Shown here: piece after piece, positions 27,711-44,629 of the stretch | Layout of the letters: every line of letters starts with the position of its first letter | Numbering within the stretch: position 1 is the stretch's first letter | Source of the DNA: the human T2T-CHM13v2.0 reference genome, Homo sapiens | DNA: 64,000 bases | Assembly: GCF_009914755.1 (NCBI RefSeq) | Contig: NC_060928.1 | Strand: one strand, 5' to 3' | Translations under genes and position numbers: made by a program | Notes under the pieces: model-generated | Seen by the model: the letters and a program-made list of their open reading frames with translations, nothing else | Databases searched by the model: none | Told to the model about the DNA's origin: nothing

Positions 27711-28700
27711 CTAATATATCTCAGGCATCAAAGGGTAGTGACAATTTTCAAATCTCTGAGAAAGGAAGCCTCTCAGTCAGTTTCCTAAATTGAAGCAGCA
27801 AGGAAAAAGCCAATTGCCTGCTCAGAGCCCTGTTTTAGGGGTATGGTTATTAGAATCTAGGTCTAGCTTGAGGACAATATTTTGGACTTTCAAAAAGAGC
27901 ACCTAAAAATCTGGGTTGGGTGATTTCTGGCCACAGATGAACTTTCTCTTGACATTCTCTCTTGGGGGAAAGATCACTTGAGGGACATGCAGCTCACTCG
28001 TGCTACTGAGGCTTGTCAGGACAGCCCTCTTGTACTCACCAAAAACTCGAACATGACACACAGTCCTTGGTATTTCTAGAGGGTAGCAGATCATGTTGTT
28101 CCCTGGCTGCAGCCAGAACTTTTTACACATACTGGGGAGTCACGATGACTCTTAGATGCTAGCTATGTTTCTTGCAAATGGCAAAATCTTTGTCTTTTAA
28201 AGGTTGGGGCCTTGCTTGTCAGGGTATTGTTTGGAGGTAGAGGTGTGAGTGTGGGTGTGGCATGATGGGAGCCAGGGGCCAGGCAACTTGTCCCATAGCC
28301 ATTACCAGAGAGGCTCTAGGAAGGTATATTTACAAGGTAAGGTACACTCCTAAAAGCCCTGGGCAGGCAATTAGAAGACCTATGGCAGCTACTGCCCTGA
28401 TCCTTCTATTTAGTAGCTGTGATTTCTGACAAGTTATGCATAAACATTCTGGGTTTCAGGTTTCTGCTCTGAAAGTCAAGTATTTCTGCCCTGGGTTTCT
28501 TCTAGGCTTAAGAGATGGGTTCTGCATGTCTGATATTCTACATTTAGAATATTAAAGCACCTATGTTGCATCAAAAGAGATGGATTTGCCCACCTGGCAA
28601 GAAATGCTAATTATTTCTTAATGACAGGCTCTCTTGTGTAATAAAAATAGAAACAGGCCTTGTTCAAATTACATTCTCTTGGCAAGAGATTTGCTTGCCT

Positions 28701-28776
28701 GATCTCTGATAGCAGACTCCAGATCCTAATCATCAGAGACAATTCACCACTTGAAAAGGATCTGTTTCAGCTGCCT
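28701..28776 (+). repeat. Copy B of a 76-bp local direct repeat
   Basis: Ungapped 63/76 match to 27635-27710 by hand alignment. Confidence 0.9.
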
Positions 28777-29982
28777 TTTTTTGCACCACTTGGCATCCTT
28801 TGACCTTCTCTGTCTATGGAGCTTTTGGCTGCTAGTTTTGTTCTAGCCACCACCATGGCAACCAGCTCTGTGTGGGTTTGTAGGACTTCACACAACCCGG
28901 TTAATATCGTCTGCTTGCTACCTGCTGAAGTTCAGCTGTTGCAGACCCATGGATGTACGGGACTAGTTTATATCCATTCGAGCACAGTATTTCATTCTGT
29001 TTTATTATCAGTGTATTAAAGGATTATAAGTAGCAATGACAAAACTGAATTCTCTAGACATCATGATGTTAAGCCATGGAGAAACAAACAGATTCTAACC
29101 TCACCATTTCTAATAGCATAGTATTTTTAGCTTTATTTAGTCACATGTTCCCTTGATTACAACATTTATTCATATATACTTAGAATAATGGCAGGGTCAG
29201 CAACCTGATTCCACTTTAAGTTTGTGTGCTTGAGGTTAATACTGTTATCTGTTATGTTATTAAAACTAATATAATAATTTTATTTAACTAGTTGTGTTCG
29301 TTAATGGTTCCTTTGGGCTTTGTATGCAGTTGGAGGAAGTTGGAATTGCTGAAGACAAGGCTTGGCAGTGACCCTCCCTTGAAGCAGGTTGGTGAACACA
29401 ACCGTCATTGCCACAAGAGACAGCATCAACATGTAGATAAAGGACAAATACAAATCTAGAGAGAGAGAGAAATGATGATAGCAAGGGCACAGATATTTAT
29501 GAAGAGACAGAAATGAAAATAATGTATTATATTGAAATAAACTTGTGCTTAACATCAAAAAATTAAAAATGATATGACAATTTTTTCTTTAATCGATATA
29601 CTGTCTTAGGACAAGGACTATTGCTAAACTCATAAAACAGAGTAAATAAAAAATACCTAAAGACTTAGAAAAGACTAGATGAGGCTATCTGAGACCAGGT
29701 CCCTACCCACTCATGATTCAGCATAATTCAAGAAATACTTAATGAGCTTCCACTTTATGCTACATTATGTTATCTTAGGTAAAAAGGGAATGCAGATTAA
29801 AGAAATAATTTCACACCACAAAGAATTCACACACTGAAGATAAGACAAACACGAAAATATTTTAAATAGTAAGTCAAGTGTAGTAAGTGTCAAAAGAGGT
29901 ACAAAAAAAAATTCTATTTAACTTCCAAGTAAATTAAATCACTTTTGGTGGGGGATCAAAAAAGACTTCATGATAGACAATT

Positions 29983-30029
29983 CACACACACTCACACACA
30001 CACATATAAACACACACACACACACACAT
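29983..30029. repeat. Interrupted (CA)n microsatellite
   Basis: Seen directly. Confidence 0.9.
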
Positions 30030-30428
30030 AAATAATAATGGCCAATAAATATATGGAAACATATTTAACTTCAATAACAGTTGAAAGAATTTGAATTAAA
30101 ATAAATGTATCAGGAAGAAGCAATAATTCTGCCTATGTCAGTGTTATATCTCTTTATAACTCCTTCTTAGTTCTTCTCTCTTAAAAGAAAAAAAGTGGCT
30201 AAACTTATTGGTCAAATCCAAAGAAACTGATTAGAATATATTGACAAGTAGGAAGAACAACTATAAAATAGCATATGATCTGCCAACTCCTGTAAAATTG
30301 TAATATTCTGCTCAGTAAGGTTTTCCTTTATCTGCCCACCTAAGAAAGTTTTTCATAACACTTTTGATTATTTTACCTTGAATTCCTTTGTCTATAACCT
30401 TGAGATGATAGGAAATTGAATTTTATAT

Positions 30429-31055
30429 GAGGAGGCTTCAAAATATTCAAGGAAAATTGAATTAAAAAATAAAATAAAATTAAATTAAATTAAAATATGA
30501 ACTTTGTTTCTCAACATAAGCTTCATCAAGTTAAAGAGCCATTTTCTCCATCCCTAAATAACTGAGTCCTGGGAATTTAACCATGTCAATGTAGTCATAT
30601 ATATATATATATACATATACATATATGAATGACTTCTACCTTTGTTTGTATGTATATATAAAAGACTACAGCTCTGATTTCAGAGCTCAAAGACAAGGTT
30701 TTCTAAATAACCCAATATTTAGATTCAGAACTCAAAGACCAGGCTTTCTAAATAACCCAATATATTATTATTATTAACTGAAAAAAATGGGCACCTTTTA
30801 CAGATATTTTAAAATTAAGAAAGAAAACAAAGGTAGAAAGAACCAAATCAGGATTGTAAGGTGGATGCTTAATGATTTCTTGTCAGAACTCTCATAGAAA
30901 TAGATAGCATAAATGAAAAATAATCACAACTTCTGGAAATGAAGGACACACTTAGAGAAATGCAAAATACACTGGGAAGTCTTAGCAAAAGAATAAACAG
31001 ATAGAAGAAAGAACTTCAGAGCTCAAAGACAAGGCTTTCTAAATAAACCAAATTT

Positions 31056-31088
<33 letters not shown>

Positions 31089-31945
31089 GTATATCATATA
31101 TATACATGTACGTATATTTTATATATGTGTGTATATATACACACACACATATTATTAACTAAAAAAAATGGGCACCTTTTACAGATGTTTTAAGAAAACA
31201 AAGGTAGAAGGAGCCAAGCCAAATTAGGATTGTAAGGTGGATGCTTAAAGATTTGTCATCAGAACTCTCATCACATTGTCTTGGTGTGATGAGGGAATGA
31301 GCAGGAACAGTGTCATGGTGGAGAAAGACTCCTGGTGAAGTTTCCTGGGTATTTTTTTGCTAAAGCTTTGACTAACTTTCTCAAAACACTTTCATAATAA
31401 GCAAATGTTATTGTCTTTTGGCTCTCTGGAAAGTCAATAAGCAAAATACCTTGAGTATCTGAAAAGCTGTTGCCATTATCTTTGCTCCTGATTGATCTGT
31501 TTTTGGCTGGACAGGACCATTTTCACCTCTTGGTAGCCATTGCTTTGATTGTGCTTTGTCTTCAGGATCATACTGGTAAAGTCATGTGGCAATTAGTCAT
31601 CTCCTGTTACAATTATTTGAGGAAATGCTTTAGTATGTTGATCCCACTTATTTAAAATTTCCATTGAAATGGCAGCTATTGTTGGCAGCTGATTCTGGGT
31701 GCAATGGTTTTGGCAACTGCTGATTGGAAAGTTTGCTCAAATTTAATTTTTTGGTCAGAATTGGGTAAGCTGAACAATTGAGATGCCTATAGTGTTGGGT
31801 ATTGTTTGTGCTGTTAATTGTTGGTCTTCTTCAATTAGGGGACAAATAAGACTAATTTTTTCCTCCCAAATTTAATGTGGATGGTCTGGTGTTTCAGGCT
31901 TCATTTTCAATATTATCTTGTTCTATCTTAAAATGGGTCAATTTG
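30429..31945 (-). mobile_element. HSMAR2 mariner transposon, 3' portion, with internal duplication and insertions
   Basis: GAGGAGGCTTCAAAATATTCAAGGAAAA terminal repeat; TTTCTCAACATAAGCTTCATCAAG and later antisense transposase sequence (AAAGCTTTGACTAACTTTCTCAAAAC, CTTCAGGATCATACTGGTAAAG, GAAAGTTTGCTCAA). The other terminal repeat is not found. Confidence 0.85.
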
Positions 31946-31949
31946 TTGG

Positions 31950-37750
<5,801 letters not shown>

Positions 37751-39927
37751 AGTATTGGTTGTAAAAGAAGTAAAATAAATAATATTGGAAATGGGAGAAA
37801 AACAATCATTTTTATTATAACTTCTATCTATAAAATAAAAAAATCAATTAAGACAAACCATTAGAATTATTTTTTAATTTAATAAAGTCCAAGATAAAAT
37901 AAACATACACGTATCAAGCATGATTAATATGGCCTAAAATGTTAAGGGATTTTGCATTTTTATTTAGAGAAACAAAGAATGCATACTATATTTCCAATAT
38001 AAATTTTATATGTAATAAAATATCAATTATCACAAGCTAATGGTACAGATTTAGTGCAAGACCAATCAAAAATAGATATATAGATAGATATAGTTGCCAG
38101 GATAACTATGGACATGGACAAAGATATAGCTATAGATATAATTATTTGATCAAAGAGAAGCCAAAAATATCAGATGATTAATGTAAAGTATTTAACATTT
38201 CAAAGACTAACAATAGACCTAACTAAATATAATAATTTAATATATGATAAAATATTTGCAGAAATAAATGGTGAAAACAAAGCTAATTTTTTTCAAGAAT
38301 TGAGATAACCCGATAAAAGTTTTGGGGATTTTTGTTTTCCACAGCATATGTTGTAAAACAAAATGCAATTTTTCTCTTTGACCACAAAATCCTAACTTCC
38401 CACACGCTTCACACTTGCTACAGAATGTGCCCTTGAACTTCATTTTGACCCTGAAGCTCCTCATCCCACACCCTTGGCATGGTTTCATTGGCCTCTCTGT
38501 GCATTTGGAGGCAATAATTTTAAGATGGTGTCCACTAAAGGTACAGCATAATTACCACCCTGTTCATTTCTAATTCTAGTTAATTCCAACTGCCAGTTTA
38601 TTCCAATATGTAACTGTATATTATAAACTATAGATTACCACATACATGCTACCTATTCATTTTATTTCTTGATCATGGTCCCAGAATCCCAAGTGCCACT
38701 GGAGAAACTGCCAATCCGGAACTGCAAAACCATGTTCTGCAAGATCAGATGGGCAACACTGCTACTTGGAAACAATTTCATCCATCATTGTGAATGCTCT
38801 ACATCATTTTTCCACAATGGTTGTTACAAATCCTTTTCACTTTCCTTACGTACCCAATCCCACTCAATATCTTTATTCTAAGCAGATGTCCCATTTCCCA
38901 TCTGACCAAGCAAATTTGGATCATATGTAGTAAACTCCCTCAACTTTGCTATCCCTTACTATGTCTATAAAGTTTTACTGGATACTTTTCTATGCTGAGG
39001 GGGAAAAGACTTTTTTCTTTGCCAAAATTAATCCACTCCACTCATTTTTAATCGCATTCTCTACTAACACCCCTTTGGGATTTTTTTTTTCCCAGCTTTT
39101 TCCCTTTCTCTTCTTTACAACTTCAATATGTTCCTTGATACTGATTTATTTCCTTATACCTAATGCTCTTGTTCCTTTACCTTAAAAATGACACTTCTTG
39201 ATGATGAAATGTCTTAAAAGGTAGTCCTCTCTTAACCTTGATTCACATCTACACAGTATTAACAGTTTACAACCGGCTTTTGCTACCAACTTACTAAAAT
39301 GGTGGATAAATCCTAAACACCAAATCCAATATACTTTTTCTCACTATTCATCTGCCTTGACCTCTCAGCAACATATTAAATTTTCCTTTATTTTCTGGAA
39401 TGCAATATATTCCTTGCACTTAAAAGAGATGCTTTTGTGTTTCCTTCTCCAAATCATTTTTTTAACTTTTCCTTAAATGCTGATTTTTTCCTCAAGACTG
39501 AATTTTTTTTTCTCACTCACAGAGGTTGCACTCACTATATTTTCACAATAACTTAGTTTTTCTCAAAAGTGATTCTCTCTCTACTTCTAATTCCCAGGTA
39601 CACTCTGTATAGGCAAAATTAAAGACATCTTTCTCTGACTTACGTCAGATTAACATCAGATCAAGTTATTATTCTCTTTGAAAACATTTGCTAACTTAAA
39701 TGCTTGTGCATAAACTTGATTAAGAAACTCAAGGCCACTTTTCCTCTACTAACACCCTGATAAATGCCGGGCTTCTCTGAGAAACCGGGTGTACCTGGAA
39801 TTCTCTGCATTTTCCATTTTCACACTCATTAGTCCCTGAAGACTGATCTTCATACCACCTCCTTTATAAAAACTTTCCTATTATTTGATCTATTAAAAAT
39901 ATTTGTTTTCTTTTATTAAAACTAACA

Positions 39928-40050
39928 GGCCGGGTGCGGTGGCTCACGTCTGTAATCCTAACACTTTGGGAGGCTGAGGCAGGCGGATCACAAGGACAGG
40001 AGATCGAGACCATCCTGGATTAACACCGTGAAACCCCGTCGCTACTAAAA
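39928..40050 (+). mobile_element. AluY-like left arm only
   Basis: GGCCGGGTGCGGTGGCTCACG...GGAGATCGAGACCATCCTGG..TAACAC.GTGAAACCCCGTC.CTACTAAAA, then L1 sequence directly. Confidence 0.92.
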
Positions 40051-40994
40051 TCTGACAAAGGGCTAATATCCAGAATCTACAATGAACACAAACAAATTTT
40101 GTGCCCTAAAACTTAGAGTATAATAAAAAAAAAAAAAAAAAAAAAAAAAACAGCCCCATCAACAAGTGGGTGAAGGATATGAACAGACACTTCTGAAAAG
40201 AAGACATGTGTGGAGCCAAAAGACGCATGAAAAAATGCTCATCATCACTGGCCATCAGAGAAATGCAAATCAAAACCGCAATAAGATATCATCTCACACC
40301 AGTTAGAATGGCGATCATTAAAAAGTCAGGAAACAACAGGTGCTGGAGAGGATGTGGAGAAATAGGAACACTTTTATTTACACTGTTAGTGGGACTGTAA
40401 ACTAGTTCAACCATTGTAGAAGTCAGTGTGGCAATTCCTCAGGGATCTAGAACTAGAAATACCATTTGACCCAGTCATCCCATTACTGGATATATACCCA
40501 AAGGATTATAAATCATGCTGCTATAAAGACACATGCACACGTATGTTTATTGTGGCACTATTTACAATAGCAAAGACTTGGAACCAACCCAAATGTCCAA
40601 CAATGATAGACTGGATTAAGAAAATGTGGCACATATACACCATGGAATACTATGCAGCCATAAAAAGGATGAGTTCATGTCCTTTGTAGGGACATGGATG
40701 AAGCTGGAAACCATCATTCTCAGCAAACTATCACAAGGACAAAAACCAAACACCGCATATTCTCACACATAGGTGGGAATTGAACAATGAAAACATGTAG
40801 ACACAGGAAGGGGAACATCACATACTGGGGCCTGTTGTGGGGTAGGGGGAGGGGGGAAGGATAGCATTAGGAGAAACACCTAATGCTAAATGACGAGTTA
40901 ATGGGTGCAGCACACCAACATGACACATGTATACATATGTAACAAACCTGCATGTCGTGCAATGTACCCTAGAACTTAAAGTATATAAAAAAAA
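40051..40994 (+). mobile_element. 5'-truncated L1PA (about PA4-6), ORF2 end and 3'UTR
   Basis: ORFs 40206..40400 and 40426..40689 are L1 ORF2 C-terminus; ends GTACCCTAGAACTTAAAGTAT plus A-tail. Confidence 0.96.
40100..40150 (+). mobile_element. Extremely 5'-truncated L1HS-type insertion (25 nt of 3' end plus A26)
   Basis: TGTGCCCTAAAACTTAGAGTATAAT followed by 26 uninterrupted A, inside ORF2 of the host L1. Confidence 0.8.
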
Positions 40995-43249
40995 CCCAAT
41001 ACTTTTGTCATTTATTGTAGATGCAGAATTTTCAAAACAAATGAATACTTTTGAGTTTATGCATTTATTTAAAGGAAATATCTTTAAAATGTTGATTCTG
41101 TATTTAGAATAGGTATTCTTTATCTTATCACATTAAATAATATTGCAAAGAATGTATCGGGGTTTATTAGGTAACTCTTCCGGCCTAATTCAGTCATTTT
41201 AGGAATCCACTCCTTACCATGACCAGAAGGAAGGAACATGTTATAGACCCAGCCCTGTGTTTACAGATCAAGTTCATAACTTTCAATTTGCCCTCCCTTG
41301 CTTCTGTTTTGTCCATCTCATAAATAGCAATCCCTATTTTCTGGTTCCTTTTGGTACCCAGTCCCTTTAGCACAATCTATGGTTGGCCATCCTCCCCGCT
41401 CTGACCAGCTGCCTTTTTTGATGACTCTGGCAAGTGCCTCTCTTTGGTTCCATGCGTTCAGAACTAAACAGAGCTCAGCATCCTCTTTATAATGGCCCTA
41501 GGAACCCTCCCGTCAGTTTATTGGTCTCCAGGGCTTCTGGATGGGGCATAGTCAAGTCTCACAATCTGTTCCTAAATCTTTTCAGCATCTGCTATGATTA
41601 TTACATTTTTCGTTACTTAACTAAAATGTTATTTAAAATGACCTCTTTATATTGGAAAATTTTTGCATTTCTTAGATGACCCAAACTTAGTTGCAGTGGT
41701 TATTTTGTCAAGTATAACTATATTCTATATTTTAAAAAAAAGATTTTTCACACCTATATTCATATATTCATAAGTGAGATGGAGTGTTTTTGCATGACAT
41801 AACCAGATTTGGGTGGAAAAAAGCACATTTGGCTCATGAAATAATTTCATAATTTTTTGCTAGTCTTAGAAATATGTATTACCAGGAAATCATCAATTTG
41901 AATGCTTGAAAGATTTCTTTAAAGGGCTTGTCATGTTTAATTGACCTCTTCTCCCCAACTGTGTTTGACAGCAGTTGTTGGATGACTTTCATGTTGTCAT
42001 GTAGATAGTTCTCTGGTTTTCTAGTTTACTTTTGTCATTTCATATTAAAATTTATCAGAAGCATTATATTTATTTTGATTTTCAAATTTATTAAATTTAT
42101 GTGTGGTATTGTTTAAATTTTAAATCAGAAAATTTTCTTATGACTGTAGCCAATTTTATTTGTGTTGGTCGATTAAATAATAAAAGAATGTACATTTTAA
42201 AAATTTTTAGTAAAAATGCTTTAGCTGTACCCTATTATAATTATATTCAGTATTTTCAACTTTTTCTAAATATTTTTTAGAAATATTTTTCTAAATAGTT
42301 TTTCAATTCAGTTACTTTATTAGGAAATGTTTCTTTTTTCTAAAAAATAAAAATACAAAAATTTTATAATTCATTTAATAGCAACTGGTACTATAAAATT
42401 TATGTACTTCGGTTATCCCTTCTTTAGACAATAGTCTGCAAATTAGCAGTGTATTTTTTGCAAAAGTTATCACATTAGCTGTACTGTCAATTTTTCTTAA
42501 GGTTAACCAAAGATAACCTAGAATCACAGCCTTTTTATGATCACACAAAATGATATTAGGAAATATTTCAAAACATTTACAAGTGTTTTACTTTTAATTT
42601 ATAAATAAGTATAAATGAATATATTGTTATCAGAACATTAAAAGTAGAAATTAATATGTCCATATATGATATTTTGTGTGTCTTAGTAAATGGTCATTTC
42701 ATTAATATTACCACTGAAAATTACATATATTTCTTGTTTGGAGTTGACATGTAATACACGGCAATTTTTTATTTTATTAATTATAGTTTTAATTTTTCTT
42801 TTTTTCATTTGTAAGGTTGTCAGTTATGGGCGAAACTATAATTACATTTCTGTATATTTCCCCTTGTATTGCTAAAAGATTTTAATTAATATATTTTCTG
42901 CACTATTTTCATAAATTATTTTCATGTATTTGCCTTCTATTTATCATACTTCTACAATTATACCCTGATTCTATCTTCCATAAGACTTTTGGTCCTATTA
43001 TTATTGTTGTTGCCAGTTCTGCTTTCCTCTTATTCAAGACCAATTTGGCTTCACATCAACTCTTGTTTGTAGCTTTTGCCTTATCAGAATATTGTTGGAT
43101 TTGGTTTTTTAGCCTCCGTGAAATCCTGGGACTTTTAGTGTTAGAATTTATAAATTTATAGTTATAACCATTATGTGTTCCCTAATGTGTGACATTTTGC
43201 AATAGGTGAGCTCCAAGTGTGTGAAAGAAAAAGTGCAATTTATGAGGCA

Positions 43250-43675
43250 GAAGCTAGCCTGTGGAATCTTCCGAACATGACATGAATTGCCAATGGAAAA
43301 ATAGGGTCTCACTGATGTCTAAGAAAAATTAAATGTAAGTTGTAATAAGGTATATTTTTATAAGTATGTATGGTATACTTTTAATAAAGCATAAAAAAGT
43401 AGTATTCATTGAAAAACCACACATTTTCTTCTTTGATGGAATTATTCAAAAATTGTGCAAAATGTATCAGAATTCCTGGGTTGTAGGATAAAATCCTGTA
43501 GATATACTACAAACAGTGAATATGTCAGTATGTGAAGGTTCGGTTCATGTTTTATGCATCACAACTATCTCTAATAAAATAACAATTTTTTTGTGTGAAC
43601 CATGCTGGAGGAAAAACTGAATAATCTTTCTCTTCTCTCTGTAGAAAATGATAGTTAAAAAACATTGTTATATCA
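43250..43675 (+). mobile_element. Ancient hAT-Tip100 (Zaphod-like) transposase fragment
   Basis: ACCATGCTGGAGGAAAAACTGAATAATCTTTCTCTTCTCTCTGTAGAAAATGAT translates to TMLEEKLNNLSLLSVEND, resembling the hAT C-terminal dimerisation motif. Confidence 0.6.
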
Positions 43676-43689
43676 GAAGAATTATATAT

Positions 43690-44625
43690 CTACCGAAGAA
43701 ATTGAATTCATAGTTAACCATCTCCAACAAAGAAAGCTTCAGACCTAGATAGCTTCAACAGCAAATTTACCAAACAATTTAAAAAGAAATAATATCAATC
43801 ATATACATAACCATTTCTAGAAAACATAAGAGAACGAACTCATTTTATGAGGCCAGTATTATCCTGGTTATAAAACCTTACAAAGACATTATAAGAAAAA
43901 TACAACTACAGACCAGTATCTTTCATAATCACAGAAACAAAAATCTTCAGCAAAATATTAGCAAATCAAATTTAACAGTATAAAATAATGATAATACAGT
44001 ATGGCCAATAGGTTTATGTTGAGATACAGGATTGTTTAAACATTCAAAAAATCCATCAATAAAATGTATATCAAGAAAAGAAAAAAGAAAAAATTATAAG
44101 ATCATTTCTTAAATGCAGGAAAATATTTGACAAAATTTAACAACTATTCATGAGAAACCTCTCAGCAAACTAGAAATAGAAACTTACTTTATCTGATAAA
44201 GGGCATTTACAAAAAACCTAAAACTAATAGTATACTTAAAGGTGAGCGATGGATTTCTTTCTTACTAAGATTGGGAACAAGGTAAAGACTCTCACTATTC
44301 CTATTTAGTATTGTAGTGAAAGTCCTAGGCAGTGAAACAATATAAGAAAAAGAAATAGGCAGCATACAAATTGAAAAGAGAGAAGTAGCATTATCTCTAT
44401 GTACATATACTATGTAATTATCTATGTAATTCTAAGAAATCTACAAAAATAAAAAAAAAAACCTCCTGTAAGTAATAAGTGAGTTTAGGAAGGTTGCAGG
44501 ATTGCATGGTCACTATACAAAAATAAATTATGTTTCAATATAATGACAATGAGTAATTAAAACTTACAATAACACCAAAAATACTTAGGTATAAATTTAT
44601 CAAAATATATACAGATTCTATATGC
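43690..44625 (+). mobile_element. Old L1M ORF2 (RT region) fragment
   Basis: CTCATTTTATGAGGCCAGTATTATCCTG, AACTACAGACCAGTATCTTTCATAA, TTTGACAAAATTTAAC, CTCAGCAAACTAGAAATAGA. Confidence 0.85.
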
Positions 44626-44629
44626 TGTA

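Noticed and set aside
27635-28776. The 76-bp repeat as duplicated coding exons (minus strand RQLIHIPFKWWMFPDDRNLDAAIRD) or as snoRNAs
   Set aside because: Copy B has two in-frame stops, and C/D or H/ACA boxes are not jointly conserved; kept only as an unexplained module.
29329-29392. Possible small exon (TTTGTATGCAG|TTGGAGG...GAAGCAG|GTTGGT)
   Set aside because: Splice-like motifs are common by chance; no recognisable peptide or partner exons.
40836-40862. G-quadruplex-like G runs
   Set aside because: Normal G-rich tract of the L1PA 3'UTR.
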